Source: an uncultured Acidobacteriaceae bacterium (lineage in GTDB: Bacteria; Acidobacteriota; Terriglobia; Terriglobales; Acidobacteriaceae). Taken from it: 64,000 nt of DNA. The translations under genes and the position numbers were made by a program. Location: positions 29,591-93,590 of the forward strand of contig CAWKEG010000021.1 in assembly GCA_963848515.1 (NCBI GenBank), in the 5' to 3' direction. The stretch's first letter is position 1. Every line of letters begins with the position of its first letter. The notes beneath the pieces were generated by a model. That model searched no databases and was not told where the DNA came from. It worked only from the letters and a program-made list of their open reading frames with translations. Below, one piece after another: positions 1 through 8,586 of this stretch.

Positions 1-170
1 CCGCAGGGTTCGCAAGCATTGGCGTGCTCTACCTGACGTACTTGATTCTGCCGAACTGGGTCATGGCTTGCGGCGCCGTCCAGCCCATTTGGTGGATTGC
101 CGCCGCGGTTACGCTGATGGTCAGAAGCGGCAAAATCGCAGCGGCGGAGAGCCAGATCGCTCAGCCTTGA
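1..170 (+). CDS. 3' end of a membrane protein (partial)
   Basis: Open frame from nt 3 reads AGFASIGVLYLTYLILPNWVMACGAVQPIWWIAAAVTLMVRSGK... to TGA at 168-170; hydrophobic. Confidence 0.55.
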   Translation, partial: AGFASIGVLYLTYLILPNWVMACGAVQPIWWIAAAVTLMVRSGKIAAAESQIAQP

Positions 171-222
171 GCTGCGGCTTTGATCGATTGCTGCGGAACC
201 AGGTTGCTCACTTGACCTTGCC

Positions 223-906
223 TTAATAGCCGCTGGCGACGAGCCAGGCTTCAGTTAAGTCGAGTTCGGACTTTTTCTTTTCCTGCAACTGAGCATGGGC
301 CAGTTTTACTAAAACGTCTGCTTCTATGTTGACGGGGGCGCCGGGGGCGAGGGTGTGGAGGTTTGTCCGCCAGTAGGTTAAGGGCAGGATGGCGATGGCG
401 ATGGTCTCGCCGTCAAAGTCTGCGATCGTCAGGCTGATGCCTTCAACGGCGACTGAGCCTTTCAGGACCATCCAGGGGCGGACGCTTTCAGAGACGCGAA
501 CTTTGAGGGTCCAGTCGGTGGTTTCGCGGTTGAACTGCGGGCTGGAGAGGGGGATGACGGGGTCGAGAGACGTCAGGATGCCGCAGCCGTCGACGTGGCC
601 TTGAACGATGTGCCCGCCGAGGGGGCTGCCGGCGGCGGTGGGGAGTTCGAGGTTGACCTTGGCGCCGGGGGCGAGGGAGCCGAGGGAGGTTCTGTCGAGT
701 GTTTCCTGGGCGAGGTCGGCGTGGAAGAGGGTGGGGTCGACATCTAACGCCGTGAGACAGACGCCGGAGACGCCGAGGGAGTCGCCTTCGCGGAGGCGGC
801 CGGCCAGGCCTGGGGCTTCGACGGTGAGACGGCGGACGCCGCCCGTGTCCTTGAGGCTGACGATGGTTCCGGTCTGCTCGATGATGCCGGTGAACATGGA
901 ATCCAT
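223..906 (-). CDS. ribE: Riboflavin synthase (alpha chain)
   Basis: N-terminal MFTGIIE, GVCLT, LGGHIVQGHVDG, GSVAVEGISLT and VNIEAD lumazine-binding repeat motifs. Confidence 0.95.
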   Translation of the reverse strand: MDSMFTGIIEQTGTIVSLKDTGGVRRLTVEAPGLAGRLREGDSLGVSGVCLTALDVDPTLFHADLAQETLDRTSLGSLAPGAKVNLELPTAAGSPLGGHIVQGHVDGCGILTSLDPVIPLSSPQFNRETTDWTLKVRVSESVRPWMVLKGSVAVEGISLTIADFDGETIAIAILPLTYWRTNLHTLAPGAPVNIEADVLVKLAHAQLQEKKKSELDLTEAWLVASGY

Positions 907-913
907 TCTAAGC

Positions 914-958
914 GGTCAGGGATCAGGGGTCAGGGGTTAGGGGTCTGGGAACAGGGTA
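914..958. repeat. Degenerate 7-bp tandem array
   Basis: tcaggga tcagggg tcagggg ttagggg...; AG recurs every 7 nt. Confidence 0.7.
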
Positions 959-963
959 GGGCG

Positions 964-1437
964 TCAGCTTTCGTCCGAGTCTTCTGGAAGTGCGAACTCT
1001 GTGCAGGTGTCGCGCAGGTGGCAGGTGGAGCAAAGGTCTGCGTCTTCGCAGATGCGGAGTTGGGGGGCAATCATTTCACCATCGCTGGAGAGGGAGAAGG
1101 CGTCGACGGACCTGAAGGGGAGGATGTCCTGCTTGCGCTCGACGTTCTGGGAAGCGATCTGGACGGCGTAAAGCAAGATACCGGCGCGGCGGGGGTCGAG
1201 CTTTGAGGAACTGAGATCGTTGATGATCTGTGAGAGGGCGACCTGGATGGCGGTACGGTCTTCAAGGATGGGGTACTTGAAAGGTTCGTCTCCTGCCTTT
1301 GCGGAATGGGATTTGGCGCGGGATGGTTTGGCGATGGCTTGGATGCGGTTGTGGAAATAGCAAAAGTTCATGTCGTGGAGTGCGGGCGAGTGGCAGCGAG
1401 CCCCGTTGGGCATAATGTGGCGGCATTCGAAGTACAT
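964..1437 (-). CDS. Hypothetical Cys/His-rich protein (putative Zn-binding)
   Basis: N-terminal CRHIMPNGARCHSPALHDMNFCYFH and C-terminal CEDADLCSTCHLRDTC. Confidence 0.75.
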   Translation of the reverse strand: MYFECRHIMPNGARCHSPALHDMNFCYFHNRIQAIAKPSRAKSHSAKAGDEPFKYPILEDRTAIQVALSQIINDLSSSKLDPRRAGILLYAVQIASQNVERKQDILPFRSVDAFSLSSDGEMIAPQLRICEDADLCSTCHLRDTCTEFALPEDSDES

Positions 1438-1486
1438 ATCTCAACTCCTGCGGGGGGGTACCCCCTCCCCTCCCCTGTTTTGGCTA

Positions 1487-1762
1487 AATTAGTCCGCTGA
1501 ATGGACTTATGGGTCGGGAAGCTTTGGAAAATCTTCTAAACATTGAGGTTACGGGCAAAATCTTCTTAGCAAAGGGTTTGCGGCGATTTTCTGCCGGTTC
1601 TGCACCATTTCCGGTGCATTTCGTCCGTTATGATTCAGAAAGAATCCCATACTGCGATACTTCTAGGCGCTGTCTTCCCTCGCCGCGGCCTGTCTTTGAG
1701 CGGTGGAGGGGCCTGATCTACCTTTATTGTGCGCCGGGTGGGTGTAATTATCTGCAAACGGG
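1487..1762. repeat. Composite non-coding element, copy A (29-bp-period quasi-palindromic units plus a conserved 36-bp block)
   Basis: aaaatcttc-taaaca-ttgaggtta (1528-1551) and aaaatcttc-ttagca-aagggtttg (1557-1580); block 1726-1761 aligns with 62275-62310. Confidence 0.65.
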
Positions 1763-1888
1763 GGGAACGGAAGTTTGGGGAGCGGGGCCGGGCCTCGAGG
1801 GCGGCAGACGGGAAGGGGCAACGAGGGCTTTCTGCTCTTCGGCAAAAGGGATCTCTTCGGTTCGAATGCGGTGAACGGATCCACTCAT

Positions 1889-1914
1889 TCTTTACTTCTG
1901 ATAAAATGTAAAGA
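1889..1914. promoter_or_regulatory. Putative antitoxin operator
   Basis: Inverted repeat tctttac-N12-gtaaaga just upstream of the AbrB-family gene. Confidence 0.4.
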
Positions 1915-1931
1915 GAGGAGAGTGCGGATTC

Positions 1932-2177
1932 ATGGAGGCTAAGCTCAGTAGCAAAGGGCAGGCAACGATCCCCAAAGCGGTGCGCGATCGCCTGCAAATC
2001 AAGGCGGGGGACCGGTTCAAGTTCTTCTTCCACCCTGACGGCGTGATCATTCTACCCAAGATTCCAACTGCTCGACTCAAGGGTCTGATTCCAAGGCCGG
2101 CCCAATCGGTGTCTCTTGAAGAAATGGATCGGGCGATCGCCAAAGGCGCAACAGAAAGATTCCGGCGAAGGAAATGA
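1932..2177 (+). CDS. AbrB/MazE/SpoVT-family antitoxin (VapB-like)
   Basis: MEAKLSSKGQATIPKAVRDRLQIKAGDRF swapped-hairpin motif; GAGGAG RBS; ATGA overlap with the PIN gene. Confidence 0.9.
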   Translation: MEAKLSSKGQATIPKAVRDRLQIKAGDRFKFFFHPDGVIILPKIPTARLKGLIPRPAQSVSLEEMDRAIAKGATERFRRRK

Positions 2178-2572
2178 TCGGTCTAGATACGAACGTGCTG
2201 CTGCGCTACCTTGCGCAAGACGATCCAATTCAGTCCCCTCGCGCAACGGAGATCATCGAGCGGCGCTTGACGGAGGAAGAGCCGGGGTTCCTCAGCCTGG
2301 TGAGTGTTCTTGAAGTTGCATGGGTTCTCAAAAGCCTTTTCAAGCGCTCCCGGCAGGAGATTGCAAACGATATCGAAATGCTGTTAGCGGCGGATACGAT
2401 CGAGGTTCAGAATGAGCAGGAGGTTTATAACGCAGTAGTTTCGCTCCGCAACGGAATCGGAACATTCGAAGATGCCTTGATCGGTTTGCTCGGCGTATGG
2501 AGGGGTTGTTCGGCAACCCTGACCTTTGATGAAGATGCCGCAAGGCGGCTGCACGGGTTTGAACTCGCGTGA
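2174..2572 (+). CDS. vapC: PIN-domain toxin (VapC family)
   Basis: MIGLDTNVLLRYL, E, FEDALI and TFD acidic PIN residues. Confidence 0.9.
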   Translation: MIGLDTNVLLRYLAQDDPIQSPRATEIIERRLTEEEPGFLSLVSVLEVAWVLKSLFKRSRQEIANDIEMLLAADTIEVQNEQEVYNAVVSLRNGIGTFEDALIGLLGVWRGCSATLTFDEDAARRLHGFELA

Positions 2573-2602
2573 TTGGTTAAAAGGCGGCGGGTGGAGTGGG
2601 TT

Positions 2603-2723
2603 GCTGTCCCACCCATTTCACGGAGTTTCAAGAAGCAAGTCCCCACTCGACTACGCTCAGGGCAGGGTTTCTGCGCGTCCGCCGCGGCGGACGCGCTCAG
2701 GATGACAGAAATGAATGGGGCAC
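2603..2723. repeat. REP-like family A element with a family B element nested in its loop
   Basis: Arms gctgtcccacccatttc (2603-2619) and gaaatgaatggggcac (2708-2723) flank ...cgactacgctcagggcagg...gctcaggatgaca. Confidence 0.75.
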
Positions 2724-2775
2724 TCGGCGGTGGGCACGCGAGCCGGGTTGTGGTTCCAAGGATTTGCGGCTTCGG

Positions 2776-3297
2776 TTACTTGTCGGGCACGACGATTGGT
2801 TTTACGCTGCCGCAGTCGGGGCCTTTGTAGACGGAGGTTGAGAGGATTGTGTATTCGATAGGGGTTGCGTTCTGTCCCATCTGCATGGAGCCCTCGAAGT
2901 GCACTTTGCCGGTGGCGTGATCGGGGTCGGACCAGGAGGACTCGACGGAACCTTTGCCGGCCATCATGCCGGAGCAGACCCAGTCGGCGGTCATGCTGCC
3001 GGGGTTCAGGTGGACGTTGGAGATCTGGCACTGGTTGTTATGGCTCTGCGGGGTGGGAGCGCCGAACTTGTCGATCATGGCCTGGGTGAGGCAGACCTGG
3101 GTGGTGCGGGCTCCGCCGCCGAAGGGGGAGTTTGCGCCGGCAGGCATGGTCATTCCCGGGGGCATGGGCGATTTTTGCCAGGTCATGGTGCTGGTCATCT
3201 CCCACAGGCCGGGCTTTCTGCTGGCCTGGGCCGAGGCGCCGAGCGAGATGAAGAAGAGACAAAATCCGATGGCGAGCAAAACACGGGTCTTGTTCAT
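2776..3297 (-). CDS. Secreted DUF3617-like protein
   Basis: GGAGG RBS then MNKTRV; signal peptide; KPGLWEMTS and paired Cys motifs. Confidence 0.75.
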   Translation of the reverse strand: MNKTRVLLAIGFCLFFISLGASAQASRKPGLWEMTSTMTWQKSPMPPGMTMPAGANSPFGGGARTTQVCLTQAMIDKFGAPTPQSHNNQCQISNVHLNPGSMTADWVCSGMMAGKGSVESSWSDPDHATGKVHFEGSMQMGQNATPIEYTILSTSVYKGPDCGSVKPIVVPDK

Positions 3298-3429
3298 GAT
3301 TCCTCCAGGGTGATTTGGCAGGCGGGAGCCCACGCGCTTTCACTTTATACGAGCGTGGAAGGGGTGGGGAAGGGAAAGTTGAAAAACAGCTCAAGCGTAC
3401 TAGGGAGTGGGTTCGAAGCTTCTTGAAAA

Positions 3430-3500
3430 GCAGATGCAGGTCCTTCGACTCACCACCCCCAAACTGAGAGGCGTTTGGGGCCCCGTTCGCTCAGGATGAC
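3430..3500. repeat. REP-like family B
   Basis: gcaggtccttcgact...cgctcaggatgac, shared with 2633-2707 and 37003-37056. Confidence 0.75.
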
Positions 3501-3558
3501 CGCCTCTCGGAGGTATTCAGAGCGACTGCAGTCTGTGGCTGACATTCGAGGCAGGACA

Positions 3559-4635
3559 CTAGTTGCGCGCAAGAAGGGCGGTGCGGCCGAGGGCGAGCAG
3601 GGCTCCGGTGACGCGGCCGGCGGCGTGGCGGACGACAGACTCTTCGCTGGCGAAGTCTCCGGCGATGCAGCGGACGCCGAGGGCCTGAATGCGTTCGACA
3701 TCGGCGGGGATGGGCGAAGCGCCTTCGGCCTGGTAGCGGGCGATGGTCTCCGGCGAGAAGGGAGCGGTGTTGACCAGAGCGCAGTCGAAGATGGGGGCGC
3801 GGGTGTGCTCGTAGATGCGCTCGATGTGCTCGGCGGCGGTGAGGTTGAGGCTCTCGTTGGCCTGGGTCATGAGATTGCAGACGAAGACGCGGAGGCCGCG
3901 GGCGTTGGCGAGAGCGGAGGGGATGCCTTCAACGAGGAGATTGGTGATGAGCGAGGTGTAGAGGGAGCCGGGGCCGACGGTGATCAGATCGGCGCGGCGG
4001 ATGGCTTCCATGGTTTCAGGCAGGGGGGCGGGGTTGGGCGGATCGAGCGTGAGTTCGACGATGCGGCGATGGCTGGCGGTGATGTTGGTTTCGCCGCGGA
4101 CGAAGGAGCCGTCGTCCATCTCGGCGACCAAGGTGGTGTTGACCGAGGTCGCGGGGTAGATGCGGCCGCGGGTGGCGAGAATCTTGGAGGAGAGCTGGAT
4201 GGCCTGGACGAAGTCGCCGGTGATCTCAGTGAGGGCGGCAACGAAGAGGTTGCCGAAGTTGTGGCCCTGGAGAGCGTCGCCGGCGCGGAAGCGATGGTTG
4301 AAGAGGCGGGCGAGAAGATCTTCTTCTTCGCTGAGGGCGACCATGCAGTTGCGCAGGTCGCCGGGGGGAAGCATGTTGAAATCCTTGCGCAGGCGGCCGG
4401 AGGAGCCACCGTCGTCGGTGACGGTGACGACGGCAGCGAGGTCGGAGATGTCGCCGCGTGGGCCGTTGCGCGGGCCGGGGGTGGCGACGTGACGGCGGAG
4501 GCCGCGGAGCAGCGTGGAGAGGCCGGTTCCCCCGCCGATGGCGACGACGCGCATGGGATGGGCAGACGCGGACGAATCGACGCCGGGGGCGAGCGCTAGA
4601 GGAAATTTGCCGTTTTCAGAGTTCGCAGCGTTCAA
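3559..4635 (-). CDS. yvcK: YvcK/CofD-like gluconeogenesis factor (UPF0052)
   Basis: VVAIGGGTGLS, VTVTDDGGSSGRLR, PPGDLRN, GHNFGNL and GPGSLYTS motifs; start may be downstream (MRVVAIGG). Confidence 0.9.
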   Translation of the reverse strand: MNAANSENGKFPLALAPGVDSSASAHPMRVVAIGGGTGLSTLLRGLRRHVATPGPRNGPRGDISDLAAVVTVTDDGGSSGRLRKDFNMLPPGDLRNCMVALSEEEDLLARLFNHRFRAGDALQGHNFGNLFVAALTEITGDFVQAIQLSSKILATRGRIYPATSVNTTLVAEMDDGSFVRGETNITASHRRIVELTLDPPNPAPLPETMEAIRRADLITVGPGSLYTSLITNLLVEGIPSALANARGLRVFVCNLMTQANESLNLTAAEHIERIYEHTRAPIFDCALVNTAPFSPETIARYQAEGASPIPADVERIQALGVRCIAGDFASEESVVRHAAGRVTGALLALGRTALLARN

Positions 4636-4643
4636 AACAGGCC

Positions 4644-5207
4644 TTACGGAATCTCAGGATACAGCAATTCGGTAAAGCGAGGGTCGTCCACCATGCTTTG
4701 AAAGTCGTTATCCACGCGCGCCTGGAGGCGGTTTTTTGGATTCAACTCGATGGCTTTAGCAAGGTGGTCGAGGCACTCCTGAGACTGACCGGTGATGGAG
4801 TCGAGCAAGGCAAGGCCGTAGTAGGCGTAGTCGGCGTCTGGATGGCCGGAAAGGATGTTTTTGAACTGCTCGCGCGCCTCTTCGTAGTAGCCGGTGTTCA
4901 GTTGCGAGACCGCGTAGTCGTAGTTTTCTTCGGGGGTGGCAAAGGTGAGGTTGGGGCGCTCAAGCTGGCGCTGGCAGGTGGCGATGTACATCTTGCAGCG
5001 CTCGCGAATTTCGGCAGGGGCGGTGGGCAGCATTTTTTCAAAGGCGGCGAGGGCGCGCTCGAACTTGCCCTGCTGGAGCAACTGGACGGCCGCCTGGTAG
5101 TGCTGGAACGAAGACGCTGAGCCCGAGGTCGAGTGACTGTCGGGCTTGGCAGCGATGGCGGGAGAGTTATTGCGGCTGTGCGCCGCTGATCGGGCCTCTT
5201 GCATCAT
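4644..5207 (-). CDS. Tetratricopeptide repeat protein
   Basis: TPR-like helices (YQAAVQLLQQGKFERA; YYGLALLDSITGQ; LAKAIELNP). Confidence 0.8.
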   Translation of the reverse strand: MMQEARSAAHSRNNSPAIAAKPDSHSTSGSASSFQHYQAAVQLLQQGKFERALAAFEKMLPTAPAEIRERCKMYIATCQRQLERPNLTFATPEENYDYAVSQLNTGYYEEAREQFKNILSGHPDADYAYYGLALLDSITGQSQECLDHLAKAIELNPKNRLQARVDNDFQSMVDDPRFTELLYPEIP

Positions 5208-5367
5208 GTTTTTGCCTGGAGAGCGTGTTCCTCAGCGCGCGAAATAACCGTAGGGCTACCAGCTTAAAGCCCGCGCTCGGGAATAACGCTGCTCAGGCCC
5301 CTTTTATACGCATAACCCCGTAAGACGTCAATGGGGGAGTCTGCTTTGGAAAAAACGCGGGTAGGGT

Positions 5368-5982
5368 TCAGGACGCGGGCGGGCCGGGAAGATTGCGGTA
5401 GATGGCCGGGTTGAGCGCGGGATCGTTATACATCTTCAGTTGGCGGTAGAGCTTGAATTGACGGGTTCCGTCGATGGTTTCGCGCCATAAGGCATCGAGA
5501 CAGGCGGCCAGATCGGCGCGCTGCTGCTCGAGGATGGCGAGGCGGTCGCGGTTGCGCTCGGCGTGGCCCGCGGGCGCGTTGGTTCGCTCGGCTTCTTCGC
5601 GGGTGTGGAAGATTTTGAGGGCCAGGATGGAGAGCCGGTCGATGATGAGGCCGGGTGATTCGGAGTGGAGCGGAGCGTCAGCGTTTGGCAGGGCCTGGGG
5701 TTCGAGCCAGGCGAGCAGGAAAGTGTCGAGCTGTTCGGCCAGGTCGTTGCGGAGTTGGTTGGTCTTGTCGATGCGGTGCTTGACGTTGGCAACAGCGGCG
5801 TCGGTGACGCCGGGCGTGCGGGCCTCGTCTTCAATGTGCCATAGGTCGAAGTTGGCGCGATGCTGGCGTTCAACGGCGAGGAGCCACGCGCCGGGCGGGG
5901 CATCGAAAGCGGCGTCTTGCGGTTGATGCCAGGCGCGGGTTTGCCGGTCGTGCAGGTCGACGATTTGTACGGCGGAGATCAT
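5368..5982 (-). CDS. DUF4254-like protein
   Basis: 3' part of the 5368..7527 ORF starting at ATG 5982; NFDLWHIEDEAR, IDKTNQLRNDL, ESPGLIIDRLSILALKIFH and QLKMYNDP. Confidence 0.8.
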   Translation of the reverse strand: MISAVQIVDLHDRQTRAWHQPQDAAFDAPPGAWLLAVERQHRANFDLWHIEDEARTPGVTDAAVANVKHRIDKTNQLRNDLAEQLDTFLLAWLEPQALPNADAPLHSESPGLIIDRLSILALKIFHTREEAERTNAPAGHAERNRDRLAILEQQRADLAACLDALWRETIDGTRQFKLYRQLKMYNDPALNPAIYRNLPGPPAS

Positions 5983-6063
5983 GCTCGACAATTTCCCTGC
6001 GTAACGGGATGCAGGCTCTATGGTAGAACTATCCTCGCCGGGCAGTCCAAGGCGGGGTGGGCG

Positions 6064-7269
6064 ATGTTGGACACTACCGAGCGATTTCTCGTGATCGCGA
6101 GCAGCGAGAAGGGGCAGGATTTTCTGCGCCAGTCCTCGGAGATGGGCGTAAAGTCCACGCTGTTGACGCTGAACAAGCTCGGCGATGGCGACTGGCCGCG
6201 CGAGGCTCTCGAAGAGCTGGCAACGATGCCTTCGGGGCTGAATCGCGAGCAGATTCTGAATACAGTTTCGTGGATGGCGCGCAGCAGGCGCTTCGATCGG
6301 ATTGTCGCGCTGGATGAGGCCGACCTGGAGATGGCGGCCGAGATCCGCGAACACATGCGCGTTCCGGGGATGGGCGTGACGACTGCGCGCTGCTACAGGG
6401 ACATGCTGGGCATGCGGGTGATTGCGCGCGCGATGGGGTTCCCGGTGGTGGAGTTTTGCCGGGTGCTGAACTACGACGAGCTGCGCGCGTTTATGGAGCG
6501 CGTTCCGGCACCGTGGTTGCTGAGGCCGCGCGCGGAGGCATCGGCATTGGCCACGCGCAAAATCGAAGAGCCCGAGCAACTTTGGCGCATCCTTGAGGAC
6601 CTGGGCGACGCGCAAAGCCACTACCTGTTGGAACAGCTTGTGGCGGGCGATGTTTTCGAGGTGGACTCGATCGTGAGCGAGGGCGAGGTCAAGTTCCAGG
6701 CCGTGCATCAGTGCGGGCGGCTGGCGATGCGCGGGGTGCGCGATGGCGGCGTATTCACTATGCGTACGGTCGACCGCGAGAGTAATGACCATAAGGATCT
6801 GTCTGCGTTGAACGCGAATCTTGCGCCTTCGCTGGGGATGCTGCGCGGCGTGACGCATGCGGAGTTCCAGCGCGCCCATGCCGATGGACGCTTCTATTTC
6901 CTTGAGGTCGGAGCTCGGGTTGGCGGCGGAGTGATTGCCGGACTGGTGGAGGCGGCTAGTGGCGTGAACCTGTGGCGGGAGTGGGCACGGCTGGAGGTCG
7001 GAAACCTGCGCGGGGAAGGCTATGCGCTGCCGGACGCATTTGAGGCCTATGCGGGCAGTGTGGTGTGCGTGGCGCAGGACGCTGGACCGGATGCCGGCGG
7101 ATTCGAGGCTCCGGAGATTGTGACGCGCTTCAAGAAGCAGCACCAGGCGGGGCTGATTGTGCGCTCGAGCAGGCCTGCGCGAGTGGCTGAGCTGGTGGAC
7201 GAATACGGCGCGGGGTTCTCGCGGCGTCTCTTGGATGCGCTGCCGCCGGAGAGCCTGGCGCAGGGTTAG
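6064..7269 (+). CDS. ATP-grasp domain protein
   Basis: LLRPRAEASA, YLLEQLVAG and FYFLEVGARVGG ATP-grasp motifs; start taken at MLDTTERF. Confidence 0.85.
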   Translation: MLDTTERFLVIASSEKGQDFLRQSSEMGVKSTLLTLNKLGDGDWPREALEELATMPSGLNREQILNTVSWMARSRRFDRIVALDEADLEMAAEIREHMRVPGMGVTTARCYRDMLGMRVIARAMGFPVVEFCRVLNYDELRAFMERVPAPWLLRPRAEASALATRKIEEPEQLWRILEDLGDAQSHYLLEQLVAGDVFEVDSIVSEGEVKFQAVHQCGRLAMRGVRDGGVFTMRTVDRESNDHKDLSALNANLAPSLGMLRGVTHAEFQRAHADGRFYFLEVGARVGGGVIAGLVEAASGVNLWREWARLEVGNLRGEGYALPDAFEAYAGSVVCVAQDAGPDAGGFEAPEIVTRFKKQHQAGLIVRSSRPARVAELVDEYGAGFSRRLLDALPPESLAQG

Positions 7270-7316
7270 GGGTTGCAGTTGGGGGTGTGGGCGGCTCGGG
7301 GGTGCGAAAGAGGCGA

Positions 7317-7345
7317 TTGACAGGGTACCCACTAATCGGTATGGT
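7317..7345 (+). promoter_or_regulatory. Sigma70-type promoter with overlapping TetR-type operator
   Basis: TTGACA-17 nt-TATGGT; near-palindrome tacccactaatcggta (7326-7341) lies in the spacer. Confidence 0.7.
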
Positions 7346-7368
7346 AAGGGCCAACTGGCCAGGTTGCC

Positions 7369-7998
7369 ATGCAAACGACTGAAAGACAACGCGAAGCGCA
7401 ACATGAGTCGAAGACGAAGCTTTTGGATGCGGCGCTGCGGGTGATCCGCGCCAAGGGCTATGGCGCGACGCGGATTGATGACGTTTGCGAGGCGGCCGGG
7501 CTGACCAAGGGCAGCTTTTTTCATCATTTCAACAGCAAAGAGGAGCTTGCGCTGGAGGCGGCGGAGTACTCTTCGCTACTTGCCGAAAAGGTGTTTTTAA
7601 CGGCGCCCTATCTGAGCCTGCCCGACCCGCTTGAGCGGTTGGTTGGGTACGTCGAATTCCGCAAGGCGATTCTGCAAGGCGACCAGCTGGATTACACCTG
7701 CCTGCTGGGTACCATGGTGCAGGAGACTTGCGAGACGCATCCCGCGATCCGGAAGGCCTGCGACCGGTACATTTGCGCTCATGCAGCTACGCTGGTGCCG
7801 GATATTGAGGCGGCGATACGCAAATACGGCATCCAGCCTGCGTGGACGGCAGAGAGCCTTGCCTACCATATACAGGCCGTGATGCAAGGGGCTTTCGTTC
7901 TGGCCAGGTCCAGGCAGAGCGCGCAGGTGGCGGTTGTTTGCCTGGATCATCTGCGGCGCTATCTGAAGACGCTGTTTCTTTATTCCTCGAACACATGA
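7369..7998 (+). CDS. TetR/AcrR-family transcriptional regulator
   Basis: KGYGATRIDDVCEAAGLTKGSFFHHFNSKEEL HTH; CLLG motif in the C-terminal domain. Confidence 0.93.
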   Translation: MQTTERQREAQHESKTKLLDAALRVIRAKGYGATRIDDVCEAAGLTKGSFFHHFNSKEELALEAAEYSSLLAEKVFLTAPYLSLPDPLERLVGYVEFRKAILQGDQLDYTCLLGTMVQETCETHPAIRKACDRYICAHAATLVPDIEAAIRKYGIQPAWTAESLAYHIQAVMQGAFVLARSRQSAQVAVVCLDHLRRYLKTLFLYSSNT

Positions 7999-8079
7999 GG
8001 AGAGACCGCGGCCCGGGCTGAGAACGCCGGTACTTGTCCTGGGAAGGTCCTGGAGGGGGAAAAACGGCGGCCAATGGTG

Positions 8080-8155
8080 TGGTGAGCTCGCTGGGATTCG
8101 AACCCAGGACCCACGCCTTAAAAGGGCGTTGCTCTACCAACTGAGCTACGAGCTC
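8080..8155 (-). tRNA. tRNA-Lys (anticodon TTT)
   Basis: 76 nt; GAGCTCG acceptor stem, D-arm agctcagttggtagagc, anticodon loop CTTTTAA, GGTTCGAATCC T-arm, encoded CCA. Confidence 0.97.
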
Positions 8156-8386
8156 GTTCAAGGCCGCTGCTTCCAAACTAACACAGGAGAAGCGATGCTG
8201 GCGGGTAGAAGGAGTTGCCATCCATGGGTGAGGGCGGAGGGTTTAGGTGAGGGCTTTGGGCGGGGGCGATACGGCAGTTGGGCAGGTACTCGATAATGGT
8301 GGTACTATGGTAATCATAATTCCGGATAGACGAGTTACTCGCATAGAAAGAAACTCTGCATCGCAAACAAAATGAGGCGTTTCGGG

Positions 8387-8407
8387 ACTTTCCCATGACG
8401 GGAAAGT
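8387..8407. promoter_or_regulatory. Perfect inverted repeat upstream of the cellulose operon
   Basis: actttccc-atgac-gggaaagt. Confidence 0.4.
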
Positions 8408-8586
8408 GGTAGAGACTGATCCGAGCAAGTGTTATTGATGTGTCAACAGCGAGCGACTAGGATTCCGGGTAAGGATATCCTCCGTTTTGGTGAGTCCGTC
8501 TTGGCCTTCCGCGGCATTAGAGCTTAAATAGAGACCTGAAGTGAGCGGGAAATCGGGGGCGACAGCGGGAGGTCCTGGGGTGTGGG

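Noticed and set aside
907-963. FMN riboswitch upstream of riboflavin synthase
   Set aside because: Only 57 bp, filled by a heptamer array; no RFN consensus
5368-7527. 719-aa minus-strand ORF
   Set aside because: Only the last 204 aa are family-like; the rest is the antisense shadow of the ATP-grasp gene in GC-rich DNA
8075-8084. tRNA-Lys as an integration site (CACCA duplicated after the 3' end)
   Set aside because: Only 5 bp; no second att copy or integrase seen in the window
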